Origin: Desulfarculus sp.
Lineage (GTDB): Bacteria; Desulfobacterota; Desulfarculia; Desulfarculales; Desulfarculaceae
Length of the DNA stretch: 64,000 bases
Assembly (NCBI GenBank): GCA_016208115.1
Contig: JACQYR010000168.1
Span: 1,440 to 65,439, forward strand
Direction: 5' to 3'
Shown: in pieces, positions 45,709-54,938 of the stretch
How the letters are laid out: each line of letters begins with the position of its first letter
How positions within the stretch are numbered: the first letter of the stretch is position 1
The notes under the pieces: model-generated
What the model was told of the DNA's origin: nothing
What the model saw: only the letters and a program-made list of their open reading frames with translations
The model's database searches: none
Made by a program: the position numbers and the translations under genes

Positions 45709-46331
45709 CAGGCCACCTCCTGGTAGAGATCGGCCGGCCGCAGGCCTTCCAGGGCCTGGCGCCGCGCGGGGCCGGCCAACTCCCCGGCCAGCAGCCAGGG
45801 TATGCGCGGCACCGGCACGGCGTCGAAGGTGCGGCGGAACAGGTCCTCGAAATAGTCCAACAGCCCCCGGCTGGCGGTGGCCACCCACAGCTCGCCCCGC
45901 TTGGTGTCCCAGACCACCTCCACCAGCACCGTGCTGGGCACCGTGCGCAGCAGCAGGTCCAGGCGGGCCTTTTCCTTCAGATCCTCGCGCTCGGTCCGCG
46001 AGAGCGGCCGTCCCTCGCGCAACGCCCTGGCCTTGGCCACCTCCTGGCGGTGCAGCTTGCGCAGCAAGGCCCCCGGCACCCGCCGCCGGTCCACCCGCAT
46101 GCCCAGCACCAGGTGGGGCTCCAGCCGGTAGCCAGCATAGGCGAGCCAGGTTTTTTCGGTGTCCAGGGCGTCGTGCGCCGAGCACCAGCCCACGCTGATC
46201 TCCTCGGTGCTGTCGTCAATGTCCACGAAAAGATTGGCCCGCACACGCCGGTCCACGAAATCCCAGAAGCCTTTTACCTCGCAGGCCACCTGATAGCGGC
46301 TTAAGCTCACCGCGCCCTTAAAAAGCCCCAT
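45708..46331 (-). CDS. RdgC N-terminal-like recombination-associated protein
   Basis: MGLFKGAVSLSRY, SVGW, MRVDRRRVP, LKEKARLDLL, FEDLFRRTF. Confidence 0.7.
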   Translation of the reverse strand: MGLFKGAVSLSRYQVACEVKGFWDFVDRRVRANLFVDIDDSTEEISVGWCSAHDALDTEKTWLAYAGYRLEPHLVLGMRVDRRRVPGALLRKLHRQEVAKARALREGRPLSRTEREDLKEKARLDLLLRTVPSTVLVEVVWDTKRGELWVATASRGLLDYFEDLFRRTFDAVPVPRIPWLLAGELAGPARRQALEGLRPADLYQEVA

Positions 46332-46390
46332 AGTTCCCTCCCCGTGGCCCTAGGCCACGACATCTAGTTGACTGGCCTCGAAAACGCCCC

Positions 46391-47476
46391 TCACGCCGCG
46401 CCTCCCGCCAGCAGGACCATGATGCGGGCCATGTCCACCACGTCCCGGCCCGCCGCGCGCACCGTGGCCAGGTCTTTGCCCCGGCAGGCCTTCTCCAGGG
46501 TGGCGGCCCGCCCTTCCAGGAGCCATCCCGTGCTGAGCAGGGCCAAGGCCCTGCGGCCGCGCGGCCTTTTCAACGGCGTCATTGGCATGGTGCTTGCTGG
46601 GGGGGGTAGCGAATTACCGTCCCCCGCATGGACGGCCAGCGCCGCCCGGCCCAGGTCGGTGATCTCGTATCGCAACTCGCCCGGCGCGGCCTGCCAGCCC
46701 TCCTCGGTGGGCTCGTAGCGCAGATCCGCCACCTCGGTGCCGGGCTCCGGGGCCTGGGCGCGCCTGGCCTGGTAGCGCTGGCGCGAATCCTCGGCCAGGC
46801 ACTCGCGGCACCAATACAGCTTGTGGCCGCCGGCCCTCACATGGCGAGGCCGCCCACAGCCGCGGGCGCAGAGATCGGGGTCCGCCGTGCGCCTGGGCTG
46901 CGCGCCTTGCCTCTGCCGGCGCTTGGCCGCCGAGGCGCGCTGGGTGTCGCGCTTGCACTCCAGGCATTGGCTGTGCCATCCCTTGGCGGTCTGATGGCGG
47001 GGCCGCTCCTGGCAGGTGGGGCAAATCGGCGCGCCTACGCTCTTCTCAGCAGGGCGTTGATCGCCACCCGCGCCAGGGTCAGGGTGCGCAGGGCGAACAG
47101 GCCTTGGCCCAGGCACTCCGGGCACCAGGGCAGGCTGTCCGGCACCCTGGCCACTCGCACGGGTTTGGCCAACCGGCCGCACCGGCACTCGCGGCCGTCG
47201 TCCAGCAGCAGGTGCAGGCGTCCATCCGGCTCGCTTAGACCCCAGCGTCCCGCTGGCAGGGATATCCACGGCAAGGGGCACCTCCAACCTGATGGCGCCT
47301 GGACACTCCAGGCAGGGGGACCAATCGATGTAGTCGCTCATGTCGGCGATGGCCCCGCTCTTCACGCCACCCGCTTGTTTGCTGGCCCTTTGACGGCGCG
47401 CCACACAGGTGCCATCGCCGCAGAGCAGCGTGCCGTGCTTGCGGCACCGGTGGGTTTGCAGGGCCGTGGGGCTCAT
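46391..47476 (-). CDS. Cys-rich multi-zinc-finger hypothetical protein (structure uncertain)
   Basis: CxxH, CxxC and CxxxC motifs (HRCRKH, CLEC, CPTC, CLEC, CARGC, CREC); middle segment looks off-frame. Confidence 0.45.
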   Translation of the reverse strand: MSPTALQTHRCRKHGTLLCGDGTCVARRQRASKQAGGVKSGAIADMSDYIDWSPCLECPGAIRLEVPLAVDIPASGTLGSKRAGWTPAPAAGRRPRVPVRPVGQTRASGQGAGQPALVPGVPGPRPVRPAHPDPGAGGDQRPAEKSVGAPICPTCQERPRHQTAKGWHSQCLECKRDTQRASAAKRRQRQGAQPRRTADPDLCARGCGRPRHVRAGGHKLYWCRECLAEDSRQRYQARRAQAPEPGTEVADLRYEPTEEGWQAAPGELRYEITDLGRAALAVHAGDGNSLPPPASTMPMTPLKRPRGRRALALLSTGWLLEGRAATLEKACRGKDLATVRAAGRDVVDMARIMVLLAGGAA

Positions 47477-47562
47477 CACAGCAGGTCCAATAAAAGGTCC
47501 AACACGATAATCAGGGCCACGATGGCGCAGGCCTGGAGCAGGCCAATAACCACGTCTCCCAT
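47476..47562 (-). CDS. 28-aa single-helix membrane peptide
   Basis: MGDVVIGLLQACAIVALIIVLDLLLDLL; GAGGGG SD; start and stop overlap the neighbouring genes. Confidence 0.5.
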   Translation of the reverse strand: MGDVVIGLLQACAIVALIIVLDLLLDLL

Positions 47563-48044
47563 CACTCACCCCTCAAAAACACCACCCGCGCCTCTTCCAG
47601 GTAGGCGGGGGTGCCCACGGGCTCCATGAGGTCCAGGGCGTCGTGCTGGATGCGCGCGGCCATGAGGTCTTCCACCACCCGCACGCCCCGGCCGGGAATG
47701 ACTACCTGGTCGCCCCAGCGCAGGCCCAGACGCTCGCGCAAGGGCCGGCTCACCGCGCAGGTGACGCCGGGCCGGCTGGGGCGCCCGCTGGCCGTGACCC
47801 AGGGCGTGGGGCTGGTTTGGGCCGGCACCGGGTGGTACACGGCCAGAGTCACCGTGGCCGTAACCTGGACCGCGCCGATCTGGCCCACCTGGTCCTCGAT
47901 CTGCCGCAGCTCGGCCAGCAGGCCGGCCACCTGGCGGGCCTGCCGCGCCTGGGCCAGGCGCAATTCGTCTTCCGGCCAAGGCCCGACCCACGAGGCCGCC
48001 AGGGCCACGGTGGCAAAAGTCAGGGCTGGGATCAGGCGTTTCAT
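47562..48044 (-). CDS. Exported 3D-domain (MltA-like) protein
   Basis: Signal/TM, coiled coil, then VTLAVY...TASG...CAVSR...VEDLM...ALDL. Confidence 0.7.
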   Translation of the reverse strand: MKRLIPALTFATVALAASWVGPWPEDELRLAQARQARQVAGLLAELRQIEDQVGQIGAVQVTATVTLAVYHPVPAQTSPTPWVTASGRPSRPGVTCAVSRPLRERLGLRWGDQVVIPGRGVRVVEDLMAARIQHDALDLMEPVGTPAYLEEARVVFLRGE

Positions 48045-48174
48045 CGTTTACCCTCTGTTCATCGGCTCTTCGCGGCGTCGGACCATTTCCGCGACGTCAA
48101 CAAAATGGTCCGGCGTCTCGAGGAGCCGGCCCGGGGGCGAGGGCAGGCAATCCCGCCCCCGGGCGCGGCGTGGG

Positions 48175-48552
48175 TCAGGCCGCTTCCGTCCGCCCAAACC
48201 CCAGACCGGCCTGGCGCTCCTCCGGCGTCAGGGCGCGTTCCTCCACCGCCTCGCTGGTGTCCAGACGCACCACGCTGACCATGTTGCGGGCGTAGTCCCG
48301 CAACTCCTCGCAGGCCACCTCGCGCTCCTGGGCGCCGGCGGCGATGTCCCGCTTGATCTGCGTGATCTTTTTCTGGTTGTCGGCGATGCGCCGGTTGATG
48401 GCCTTGTTGTTCTCGGCCCTCTCCGCCTTGGCCGCCTCGATGTCGGCCTCGGCCACGTACTGCTGCTGGATCAGGTCCCGCTGCTCGTCATGGCTCAGCG
48501 CCACCGGCAGCTTCCTGGTGACCGCCGTGCGGTCCACCATCTGCTCAGACAT
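48175..48552 (-). CDS. Hypothetical coiled-coil phage protein
   Basis: TRKLPVAL...REVAC...VRLDTSEAVEERALTPEERQ; AAGGGGG SD. Confidence 0.65.
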   Translation of the reverse strand: MSEQMVDRTAVTRKLPVALSHDEQRDLIQQQYVAEADIEAAKAERAENNKAINRRIADNQKKITQIKRDIAAGAQEREVACEELRDYARNMVSVVRLDTSEAVEERALTPEERQAGLGFGRTEAA

Positions 48553-49021
48553 TAGCCACCCCCTTCATGTCTCGACTGCTTTTTGCCTTGCCCCGGCGGG
48601 GCCACCTAAACAGCGGCGGCTGGTCGCGGTGGGGCGCGTCCTTGGCCACCAGATAACGAAACTCCCCGCGCTCCACCAGCAAGCCCCGGCCCTTCATTTC
48701 CGCCACCCAATACTTGACCCCGCGCAGGCTCACCCCGGTCACCTGGGCCAGATCGCCGGTGGACCAGGGGCCGCGCAGGCTGAGTTGGTGCGCCCCCCGC
48801 CACAGCAGGAGATAGGCCTGCCGCGCCCGGCCGTCGGCCTTTTCCACCAGGCGGTAGCGGCCACCCTTGCCCTCCACCAGCTCGCCGCGCTCCACCAGGT
48901 AGGTCAGGCTATCGCTTATGTCGCGCAGGCTGTCCTTGAGCAGGTTCTGGTAGATTTCCCGCAGGTTGGCCTCGCCGCCCCGCCCTCGCAGGTAGTCGCG
49001 TATCAGGTCCGTGCGCCGCAT
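48545..49021 (-). CDS. Tandem winged-HTH hypothetical protein
   Basis: MRRTDLIRDYL...LVERGEL...G.YRL, repeated in the second half; follows MuB. Confidence 0.6.
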   Translation of the reverse strand: MRRTDLIRDYLRGRGGEANLREIYQNLLKDSLRDISDSLTYLVERGELVEGKGGRYRLVEKADGRARQAYLLLWRGAHQLSLRGPWSTGDLAQVTGVSLRGVKYWVAEMKGRGLLVERGEFRYLVAKDAPHRDQPPLFRWPRRGKAKSSRDMKGVANV

Positions 49022-49806
49022 CAACGCACCGCCTTGAGGCCGCGCCCGCCCTGGGCCGCCCGCAACTTGCTGCGCGATATCTCGGCCTCCACGGCGCTCA
49101 CCCAGTCCCGCGCCACCAGGCTCACCTTCTGGGTGGCCGCCCGGCGCTCCAGGCGCACCAGGTACAGGATGGTCTGGCGCAGGTTGCCGTTGGTGGCCCG
49201 GCGAATGTCCTCGGCCACCTCGTCGGCCAGGGTCAGCCCGGCCAGTTCCCGGCCCAGGTCCACCACCTCGGCCCGGCTCAGCTCGCGGGCCTCTTCCGCC
49301 ACCAGGACCCGGTCCCAAAATTGCGGGAACACCGACAGGGTGCGCGCCAGGCTGTCCATGCCCACCAGCAGGATCGGCGCCGTCGAGGCGTCGTGCAGGT
49401 CACGCACCGTGTCCAAGAGCGGCGGGGTGTGCGGCGGTTGGGTGCCCTTGGCCAGGTAATCGGCCTCGTCAATAATCAGCAGGCCATTGCCCAGGCTCTC
49501 GTTGCCCAGGCGTTCGCGCATGGCCTCGGCCGCCCGCCCCAGGTTTTCCGTGGCCGAGACCGCCGGCACCTGCCCCAGGGCCCGCACCACGCTTTTCAGC
49601 ATGCTGCTGGGCGTCCACACCCGGGCCGCCGACACGTAGCAGGCCCCCGTTTGGGTGGCCAGGGTATCCACGGCCCGGGTCTTGCCCCGGCCCGCTGGGC
49701 CGTAGAACAGGCCCAGCCTGGGCTCGCCGTTGCCGGCCGACAGCAGCATGTCCACCAGGCCGTTGAGCCGCTTGACGTTGGACGTCTGCACGAAGTTGAC
49801 TTTCAC
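49021..49806 (-). CDS. MuB-like AAA+ transposition ATPase
   Basis: FVQTSNV, Walker A GPAGRGKT, Walker B LIIDEAD, VRDLHD, LLVGM, GNLR. Confidence 0.9.
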   Translation of the reverse strand: MKVNFVQTSNVKRLNGLVDMLLSAGNGEPRLGLFYGPAGRGKTRAVDTLATQTGACYVSAARVWTPSSMLKSVVRALGQVPAVSATENLGRAAEAMRERLGNESLGNGLLIIDEADYLAKGTQPPHTPPLLDTVRDLHDASTAPILLVGMDSLARTLSVFPQFWDRVLVAEEARELSRAEVVDLGRELAGLTLADEVAEDIRRATNGNLRQTILYLVRLERRAATQKVSLVARDWVSAVEAEISRSKLRAAQGGRGLKAVR

Positions 49807-49820
49807 CCGGTTCCCTCCCG

Positions 49821-51842
49821 TTAACAGGCGTAGGCCACGGCGGCCCGCTGGCCCAACAGTTGGGCGCGATAGGCCTCGCCGCCGTTGAGGCGCCACAGGC
49901 GCGATCCCTCGAATTCGGCCACGAATTCCCGGTCCTCGGCCTCCACCGCCAGGCCCTGGCCCAGGCGGCGCATGGTCCATTCGTAACGCTCCACCGGCGC
50001 CGCGAAGTCGGGGCGCGCCTCGGGGTCGGCCTCTTTGGCCGTCCGCTCCCGGCGTTCCTCCACCCGGTCGTCCATGAGCGCCTGGCGAGCCTCGGCCGCC
50101 GCGCTGATCTCCGGCAGCACCAGGGTGGCCGCCGGCAGGGGGGCCTCGGCCGGCAGGCTGGCCACGGCCTCGTCCAGGCGGGCCGCCTCCAGGGTGTCCA
50201 GGTCCAGGGCCGCCGCTCGCATCAGCGCCGCCTTGCGTTCCAACTTGCGAATGCGCCACCAGTCTTTCTTGCGGGCCGTCACCTGGGCCGGCGTGAGGGC
50301 CAGACGGCGCAAATCCTGGGCGATGCAGAGGAAATTGCGCTCCTCGTCGAACACGTAGAGGATGCCCGCGTCCTCTGGGTCCGGCCGCACCAGCACCCGG
50401 GTGGTGGGCTCCAGCAGGTCCAGCTCCTCGGCGCTGTAGTCCCCACCCTCAAAGCGTATGCGCCCCTGGGTGATGCCGCGCTCCACCGGGGCCTTGAGCA
50501 AAATGCGCAAGGCCGCCTCGTCCACGGTGTCCGGCGACCAGCCCGCCGCCAGGGCCTGGCCCCAGCGCTGCATGGGCGTGGCCCCGGTGGTGCGCACCAC
50601 GTGGTGATGCTCGTAGTCCAGCACCCACTTGTCGGCCAGGGCCTGCAGCTCGGCCAGGGTGTGCCGGGTCTGGATGCTCTCCGGCCGCACCGCCAGGCTG
50701 TTGCCCGTGTAGCCGGTGAGCGCCTGGAGCAGGTCGCGGGTGGCGTGGAAGCTGATCTCCGCGTGGGGCTTCAATTCGGGCGAGTAGCCGGGGATCTCCG
50801 GGGCGTCAATGCCCAGGTCCAGGCACAGGGCCTGCACCTCGTTGGATTGGTAGTCCTTGCCCCGGTCGAAGATGATCTGCCGGGGCACCCCCAGCTTGCG
50901 CAGGGCCTTGAACATGGTCTGGTTGATGGGCGCCGCCCCGCCCCGCTCGTAGACGCCCACCACCCGCCGCCTGGTCCACACGTCCAGGATGTTGACGCAG
51001 GTGGCCCGCTTGCCGTCGCTGGTCATCAGGTCCATGCGGGTGGAGTCGGCCTCCCAGCGCTGGTTGGGCTCGCTCAAGTCGGCGTCGGCCCGGCCCAGGC
51101 TGATCTGGTACCAGCGCTTGAACACGCTGGGCTTGCTCAGCATGGTGAGCGCCGCCTTGTTGCTCGCCCGGAACTCCCCGGCGTAGCGCCGCAGCGAGCG
51201 GTCGCTGGGCAACGGGGTTCCCCGGAAGCGGAACAGGGCCAGGCGATGGATTTTTTGGGCGCTGATCAGCGGGGCCGCGTAGATGCAGTCTTCGACAAAG
51301 CGCCTGATCTCATCGGAGATGTTCACGCCGCGCGGCCGGCCCCGCCGGTCCACCAGGGCCGCCAGGCCCTCGGTCCGGTATTGCTGCCGCCAGCCGTCCA
51401 GGGTGCGCCGGCTCACCGGCCCCACCAGCTCGGCCAGCCGGGCATCCACCAGCCCGCGGCTGAATTGCCCCAACCAGCGGGCCAGGGCCTGGGTGCGTTG
51501 GCCATGCGGCTGCCCCAGCAGGTAGGCGTCGGCCAGCTCCACCACCCGGGCCTTGGCCAGGGCCAACTCCAGGGCTGCGGGGGCCACCTGGTCCAGGGCC
51601 GCCAGGCTGGCCGCGTGCCGGGGAGCGCTATCCATATTAGAGAGCGCCCGCCGCGCCCTTGCCTCGGCCAGCCGCAGACGCAGACGCTCTGGCAGCGAGG
51701 GAATATGTACCTCCACCACCTTGCCCGTGGGGCCGATGGTGGCGCGGGTGGTCCAGCCCTGGCGCTCGCACTGCTTGATCAGCGTGTCGAGCTTGTCCCC
51801 CAGCGCCTCGGCCAGGGCGGTTCTGGCGATCCACCCGCTCAC
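49821..51842 (-). CDS. MuA-like DDE transposase
   Basis: N-terminal Mu-type HTH (RQGW...IPSLP); catalytic WEADST, FDRGKDY, KPHAE; C-terminal VRPDPED. Confidence 0.92.
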   Translation of the reverse strand: MSGWIARTALAEALGDKLDTLIKQCERQGWTTRATIGPTGKVVEVHIPSLPERLRLRLAEARARRALSNMDSAPRHAASLAALDQVAPAALELALAKARVVELADAYLLGQPHGQRTQALARWLGQFSRGLVDARLAELVGPVSRRTLDGWRQQYRTEGLAALVDRRGRPRGVNISDEIRRFVEDCIYAAPLISAQKIHRLALFRFRGTPLPSDRSLRRYAGEFRASNKAALTMLSKPSVFKRWYQISLGRADADLSEPNQRWEADSTRMDLMTSDGKRATCVNILDVWTRRRVVGVYERGGAAPINQTMFKALRKLGVPRQIIFDRGKDYQSNEVQALCLDLGIDAPEIPGYSPELKPHAEISFHATRDLLQALTGYTGNSLAVRPESIQTRHTLAELQALADKWVLDYEHHHVVRTTGATPMQRWGQALAAGWSPDTVDEAALRILLKAPVERGITQGRIRFEGGDYSAEELDLLEPTTRVLVRPDPEDAGILYVFDEERNFLCIAQDLRRLALTPAQVTARKKDWWRIRKLERKAALMRAAALDLDTLEAARLDEAVASLPAEAPLPAATLVLPEISAAAEARQALMDDRVEERRERTAKEADPEARPDFAAPVERYEWTMRRLGQGLAVEAEDREFVAEFEGSRLWRLNGGEAYRAQLLGQRAAVAYAC

Positions 51843-52016
51843 CGGCTGGCGCGCTCCGCCCAGGCCTGGTCCGCGATCACCACCGCCGGAAGGCCCCGCA
51901 TGCGTATGCCGATGAGCACCAGGCGTTTCATCGCTTCACACTCCCTTGTGCCCGCGCAGGGGCTTTGGCTAAAATCGGGGGCGAGGTTTCCGCTCACTCT
52001 TTCCTGGAGGTTTCCC

Positions 52017-52196
52017 ATGACCGAAGACCCCGCCCCCGAAACCTTGCGTTATTGCCCGCTGATGAGCGCAACCATGCCCGAGACCGGAGTCCTGGTCCGG
52101 GCGGGATCTGTCACGTGCTGCCACCCCACCTGCGCCTGGTGGATGGGCGAAGCCTGCGCCGTGGCGATCATCGCCAAAAAGCTCACTGCTGGGTAA
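52017..52196 (+). CDS. Counter-oriented 59-aa Cys-rich protein
   Basis: GGAGGT SD; MTEDPAPETLRYCPLM...TCCHPTCAWWMGEACAV. Confidence 0.65.
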   Translation: MTEDPAPETLRYCPLMSATMPETGVLVRAGSVTCCHPTCAWWMGEACAVAIIAKKLTAG

Positions 52197-52347
52197 CCCG
52201 CATCCGGTTAACCGCCATGCGTACTTGATCGAAGACGACTTCAAGTTCGCCGACCAGGTACCCACCCTCCTCCAGGATGGCCACGATCTTCGTGGCCGTC
52301 TCGGGGAGACGTTTTTCCCGCGCTGCGTATGGCACTTGCTCGCTCAT
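52183..52347 (-). CDS. 54-aa hypothetical protein
   Basis: MSEQVPYAAREKRLPETATKIVAILEEGG...; GGAGGAG SD; ATGA overlap with the upstream gene. Confidence 0.5.
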   Translation of the reverse strand: MSEQVPYAAREKRLPETATKIVAILEEGGYLVGELEVVFDQVRMAVNRMRVTQQ

Positions 52348-52766
52348 CGCATCTCCTCCAGGGCCAGTTGCGCCTGGCGTTTGATTTTGGCCTGACGCTT
52401 GGCCTCAAAGTCGGCCTTCCCATAGACCAAGAATTGTCGGCCGTGTTCATCTAATATGGACATACCCAGGGCCTCCACCTGGATGGCCACCAGCTCGTGG
52501 CTGCCGATGGCCCGGCACAGGGCCGGCGCCAGCCAGGCGGGCAGATTGTGGGAGCTGTCGGAGGGGGCGGCCCAGCGGTCCAGCGCTGCCGGGCTCACCC
52601 GGTAGGCGTTGCCCTCGGCCTCCAGGGCGTCGTTGACCCGTTCGGCGATTTGCTCCCGGGAGTACCTGCTTTCCTTCAGCGCCCGGGCCAGGGCCGCCTT
52701 CATGCGCCGTTGCAGGTCCACCCCCCGCCCCAGGGGCAGGTCCATCTGACCAGGCGCGCCGGACAT
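52344..52766 (-). CDS. Phage regulatory protein (CII-like HTH)
   Basis: SREQIAERVN...VSPAALDRWAAPS...LPAWLAPALC. Confidence 0.65.
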   Translation of the reverse strand: MSGAPGQMDLPLGRGVDLQRRMKAALARALKESRYSREQIAERVNDALEAEGNAYRVSPAALDRWAAPSDSSHNLPAWLAPALCRAIGSHELVAIQVEALGMSILDEHGRQFLVYGKADFEAKRQAKIKRQAQLALEEMR

Positions 52767-53152
52767 TAGAGATTCTCTCCCCCACCCGGTTGGGTCCGGG
52801 GGCTGTCCTGTTGATCGTCGTCCGGGGAGGCCGAAGCTACCTTTTCGGACATTTCCGGTTCGCTGTGGCAGGCCGGCGGGGCCGAAACACCGGAAACCTT
52901 CCGCGTTGACCGTCTGGCCTGCCCCGCGATATGCTTGGAATAAAAGGAGGGTTGCCCCGGTTTCAACTCTTCTGCCGTCACTCCCAGTAGGGTGGCAATG
53001 TAAATAAGAATGGGCGAGCCAGGTTCTCTGGTGTCCCCGTTTATGGCTCGGGTCACCGTGGATGGCGACACATTCAGGGCGCGACCGATGGCGCTGGCGG
53101 TTATCCGCCGTCGCGCCAGTTCCGCCCAGATGTCGTCGGTGCCGAGGGGCAT
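52766..53152 (-). CDS. Ner/Cro-like HTH regulator
   Basis: IWAELARRRITASAIGRALNVSPSTVTRAING; divergent from the repressor. Confidence 0.75.
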   Translation of the reverse strand: MPLGTDDIWAELARRRITASAIGRALNVSPSTVTRAINGDTREPGSPILIYIATLLGVTAEELKPGQPSFYSKHIAGQARRSTRKVSGVSAPPACHSEPEMSEKVASASPDDDQQDSPRTQPGGGENL

Positions 53153-53237
53153 TTGTGTCTCCAGGCCCGCAAAGGTGTTGCAAGTCGAGGTTACTATTAG
53201 ATTCATAGATTGGTCAAGCGAAAAATGATTAGAATGG

Positions 53238-54005
53238 TTGCCGGTGCCTCGTAAACCGTCGTCCGCTACCCCAGAAGTGGGAGGCAGATTCAAGAAGCTC
53301 AGGAGTTCTCTTGGGCTGAGCCAGACTAAGTTTGCCGAAATACTAAATATATCCCAAAGCGCCCTTTCTTTGGTTGAGCGCGGAGAGGCACCCCCCCCCT
53401 TCGAGTGTTTGCAGGCGTTGGCCTGTGGACACCCTGAAATAGATTTACGTTTGCTAATATGTGGAGCCGCTAGTAGTCTAGTAGTTGACGCCTCACAGGC
53501 TGCGTCGCTAGTCCATCCTGTAATTCGTCCGTTGACTGATAATCTTCATGACCTTCCACCGGAGGGGGTAGCGGACGATTATGTGGCTGTGCCGTTAGTG
53601 GAGGGAAGGGTGGCCGCTGGCCCGGGAGCTGTGGCCTGGGATAAGGTGCGCAGCTTGGTATGGGTCTACAAGCCGGAGATCGGCCGCCTGAAAAATTTGG
53701 TGGCCGTCCAGGTTGTAGGCGATAGCATGCAGCCGACGATCCCGGACGGGGCCATCATCATTATAGATAGGGACGCCCGCCAGCCGCGCGGCCGGCGAAA
53801 GGCCATCTGGGCACTGCGCACCGAGGATGGCGAGTGCCAGGTCAAGCGGCTTTACTTCATGCGCCCCAGAAAAGGCCAGAAGGGACAAGACACCTGGCTG
53901 GTGTTTAGCGATAATCCCGATTTTTCACCTGAGCCTGCCTGGACTCGGGAGTTTAAGGACTTGGTGATCGGGAAGGTTGTCTGGATGTGGCGGTCGTTGA
54001 TTTAG
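53238..54005 (+). CDS. Prophage repressor, XRE HTH plus S24 autopeptidase
   Basis: LGLSQTKFAEILNISQSALSLVERG; VAAG cleavage site, GDSMQP serine, VKRL lysine. Confidence 0.9.
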   Translation: MPVPRKPSSATPEVGGRFKKLRSSLGLSQTKFAEILNISQSALSLVERGEAPPPFECLQALACGHPEIDLRLLICGAASSLVVDASQAASLVHPVIRPLTDNLHDLPPEGVADDYVAVPLVEGRVAAGPGAVAWDKVRSLVWVYKPEIGRLKNLVAVQVVGDSMQPTIPDGAIIIIDRDARQPRGRRKAIWALRTEDGECQVKRLYFMRPRKGQKGQDTWLVFSDNPDFSPEPAWTREFKDLVIGKVVWMWRSLI

Positions 54006-54018
54006 AGTGGGGGATAAA

Positions 54019-54525
54019 ATGTTCAAGCCAATTAAATTGTTATGTTATGCTACATTTTTGTGCTTCGGTTGTTTTTCTTTCGCTCACGCCGAGCAAGACG
54101 TGCTTGGATGGGACAAGGCCAAGTGGGGCGCAACCCACGCCGACATCGCCAAGAGCTATCAACTTCATCCTTGGGTTGCAGAGGGCTCCCCTCGCTGTGA
54201 TGCTGTTGATCCCGTCGTTGTTAACGGCGTGTCGTTTCGGGTGAGGTTTTTCTTCGACACCCGTTCGGATGCTGGTAATCTTTCCCATGTGGCGTTGATC
54301 CGATCAGGAGCCCCGGTTGATGACAAGGCGTTGGTTGGGCTACTTAGTAGTAAGTATGGCCCGCCCAACCAGCAGAGCCGGGCCTATCGGGGCGGGGTCG
54401 TCTATTCTTGGTTTAAGCCATCGGGTCGGGTGGAGTTAACCGTAGACCGCAGCATCATGGCGGCGGGGGAGCAGTCCGTCATTATTGACTATGTGAGCAC
54501 GACTGGCGACAAGGGGAAAATATGA
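54019..54525 (+). CDS. Secreted/periplasmic hypothetical protein co-oriented with the repressor
   Basis: Signal peptide ending AHA; GWDKAKWGAT...LSSKYGPP pattern. Confidence 0.65.
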   Translation: MFKPIKLLCYATFLCFGCFSFAHAEQDVLGWDKAKWGATHADIAKSYQLHPWVAEGSPRCDAVDPVVVNGVSFRVRFFFDTRSDAGNLSHVALIRSGAPVDDKALVGLLSSKYGPPNQQSRAYRGGVVYSWFKPSGRVELTVDRSIMAAGEQSVIIDYVSTTGDKGKI

Positions 54526-54766
54526 AGGGCTGTCAATTTATTGACTATCAAAACACCGAAATAAATTTTAGATGTCCAACTCCTATTTAGGCTAATATTT
54601 GAGCAATTATGCCATAACTAGCTTTATATACAGCGTTTTATGGTTTGCGATCGCATGTCCAACAGGTGTCCAATAGGTGTGAAACTTGGTCAATTTTGTT
54701 TCACGGGCTGGGGTTAGTTTTTTGTAGCTCTTGACCACGGTTATGCCAGCTTGGCCAGGCGCGTTT

Positions 54767-54938
54767 TGGCAATATTTTCTGGCCAGCCCCCCCTGTTTCA
54801 CGTGGCCAGCCCGCCAAAATAAAAATGGCGGGTTCCCCCGCCGCCGCCAGCCCCAAGTAGGGGCAATCTCCTCCCTTTTCAGGGTATGTCAGGCCAAATC
54901 AGCTTCCGTCAGGCTTTGGCAGCCTTTTTTGTCCATCA
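54767..54938 (-). repeat. Inverted copies of the 22-bp end repeat at the repressor-proximal end
   Basis: 54767-54788 matches the reverse complement of 16654-16675 at 19/22; 54917-54938 matches that of 16632-16653 at 16/22 and ends in CA. Confidence 0.65.

Noticed and set aside
47473-47478. Further Sec read-through in prophage early genes
   Set aside because: These TGAs are ordinary ATGA/TGATG stop-start overlaps without a redox motif or conserved downstream frame.
49860-52016. 778-aa plus-strand ORF and many other long antisense ORFs (e.g. 5789-7471, 4418-5779, 21088-22518, 57287-58519)
   Set aside because: Shadow frames of GC-rich genes with no motifs; only the last 59 codons of the 778-aa ORF look like a real gene.
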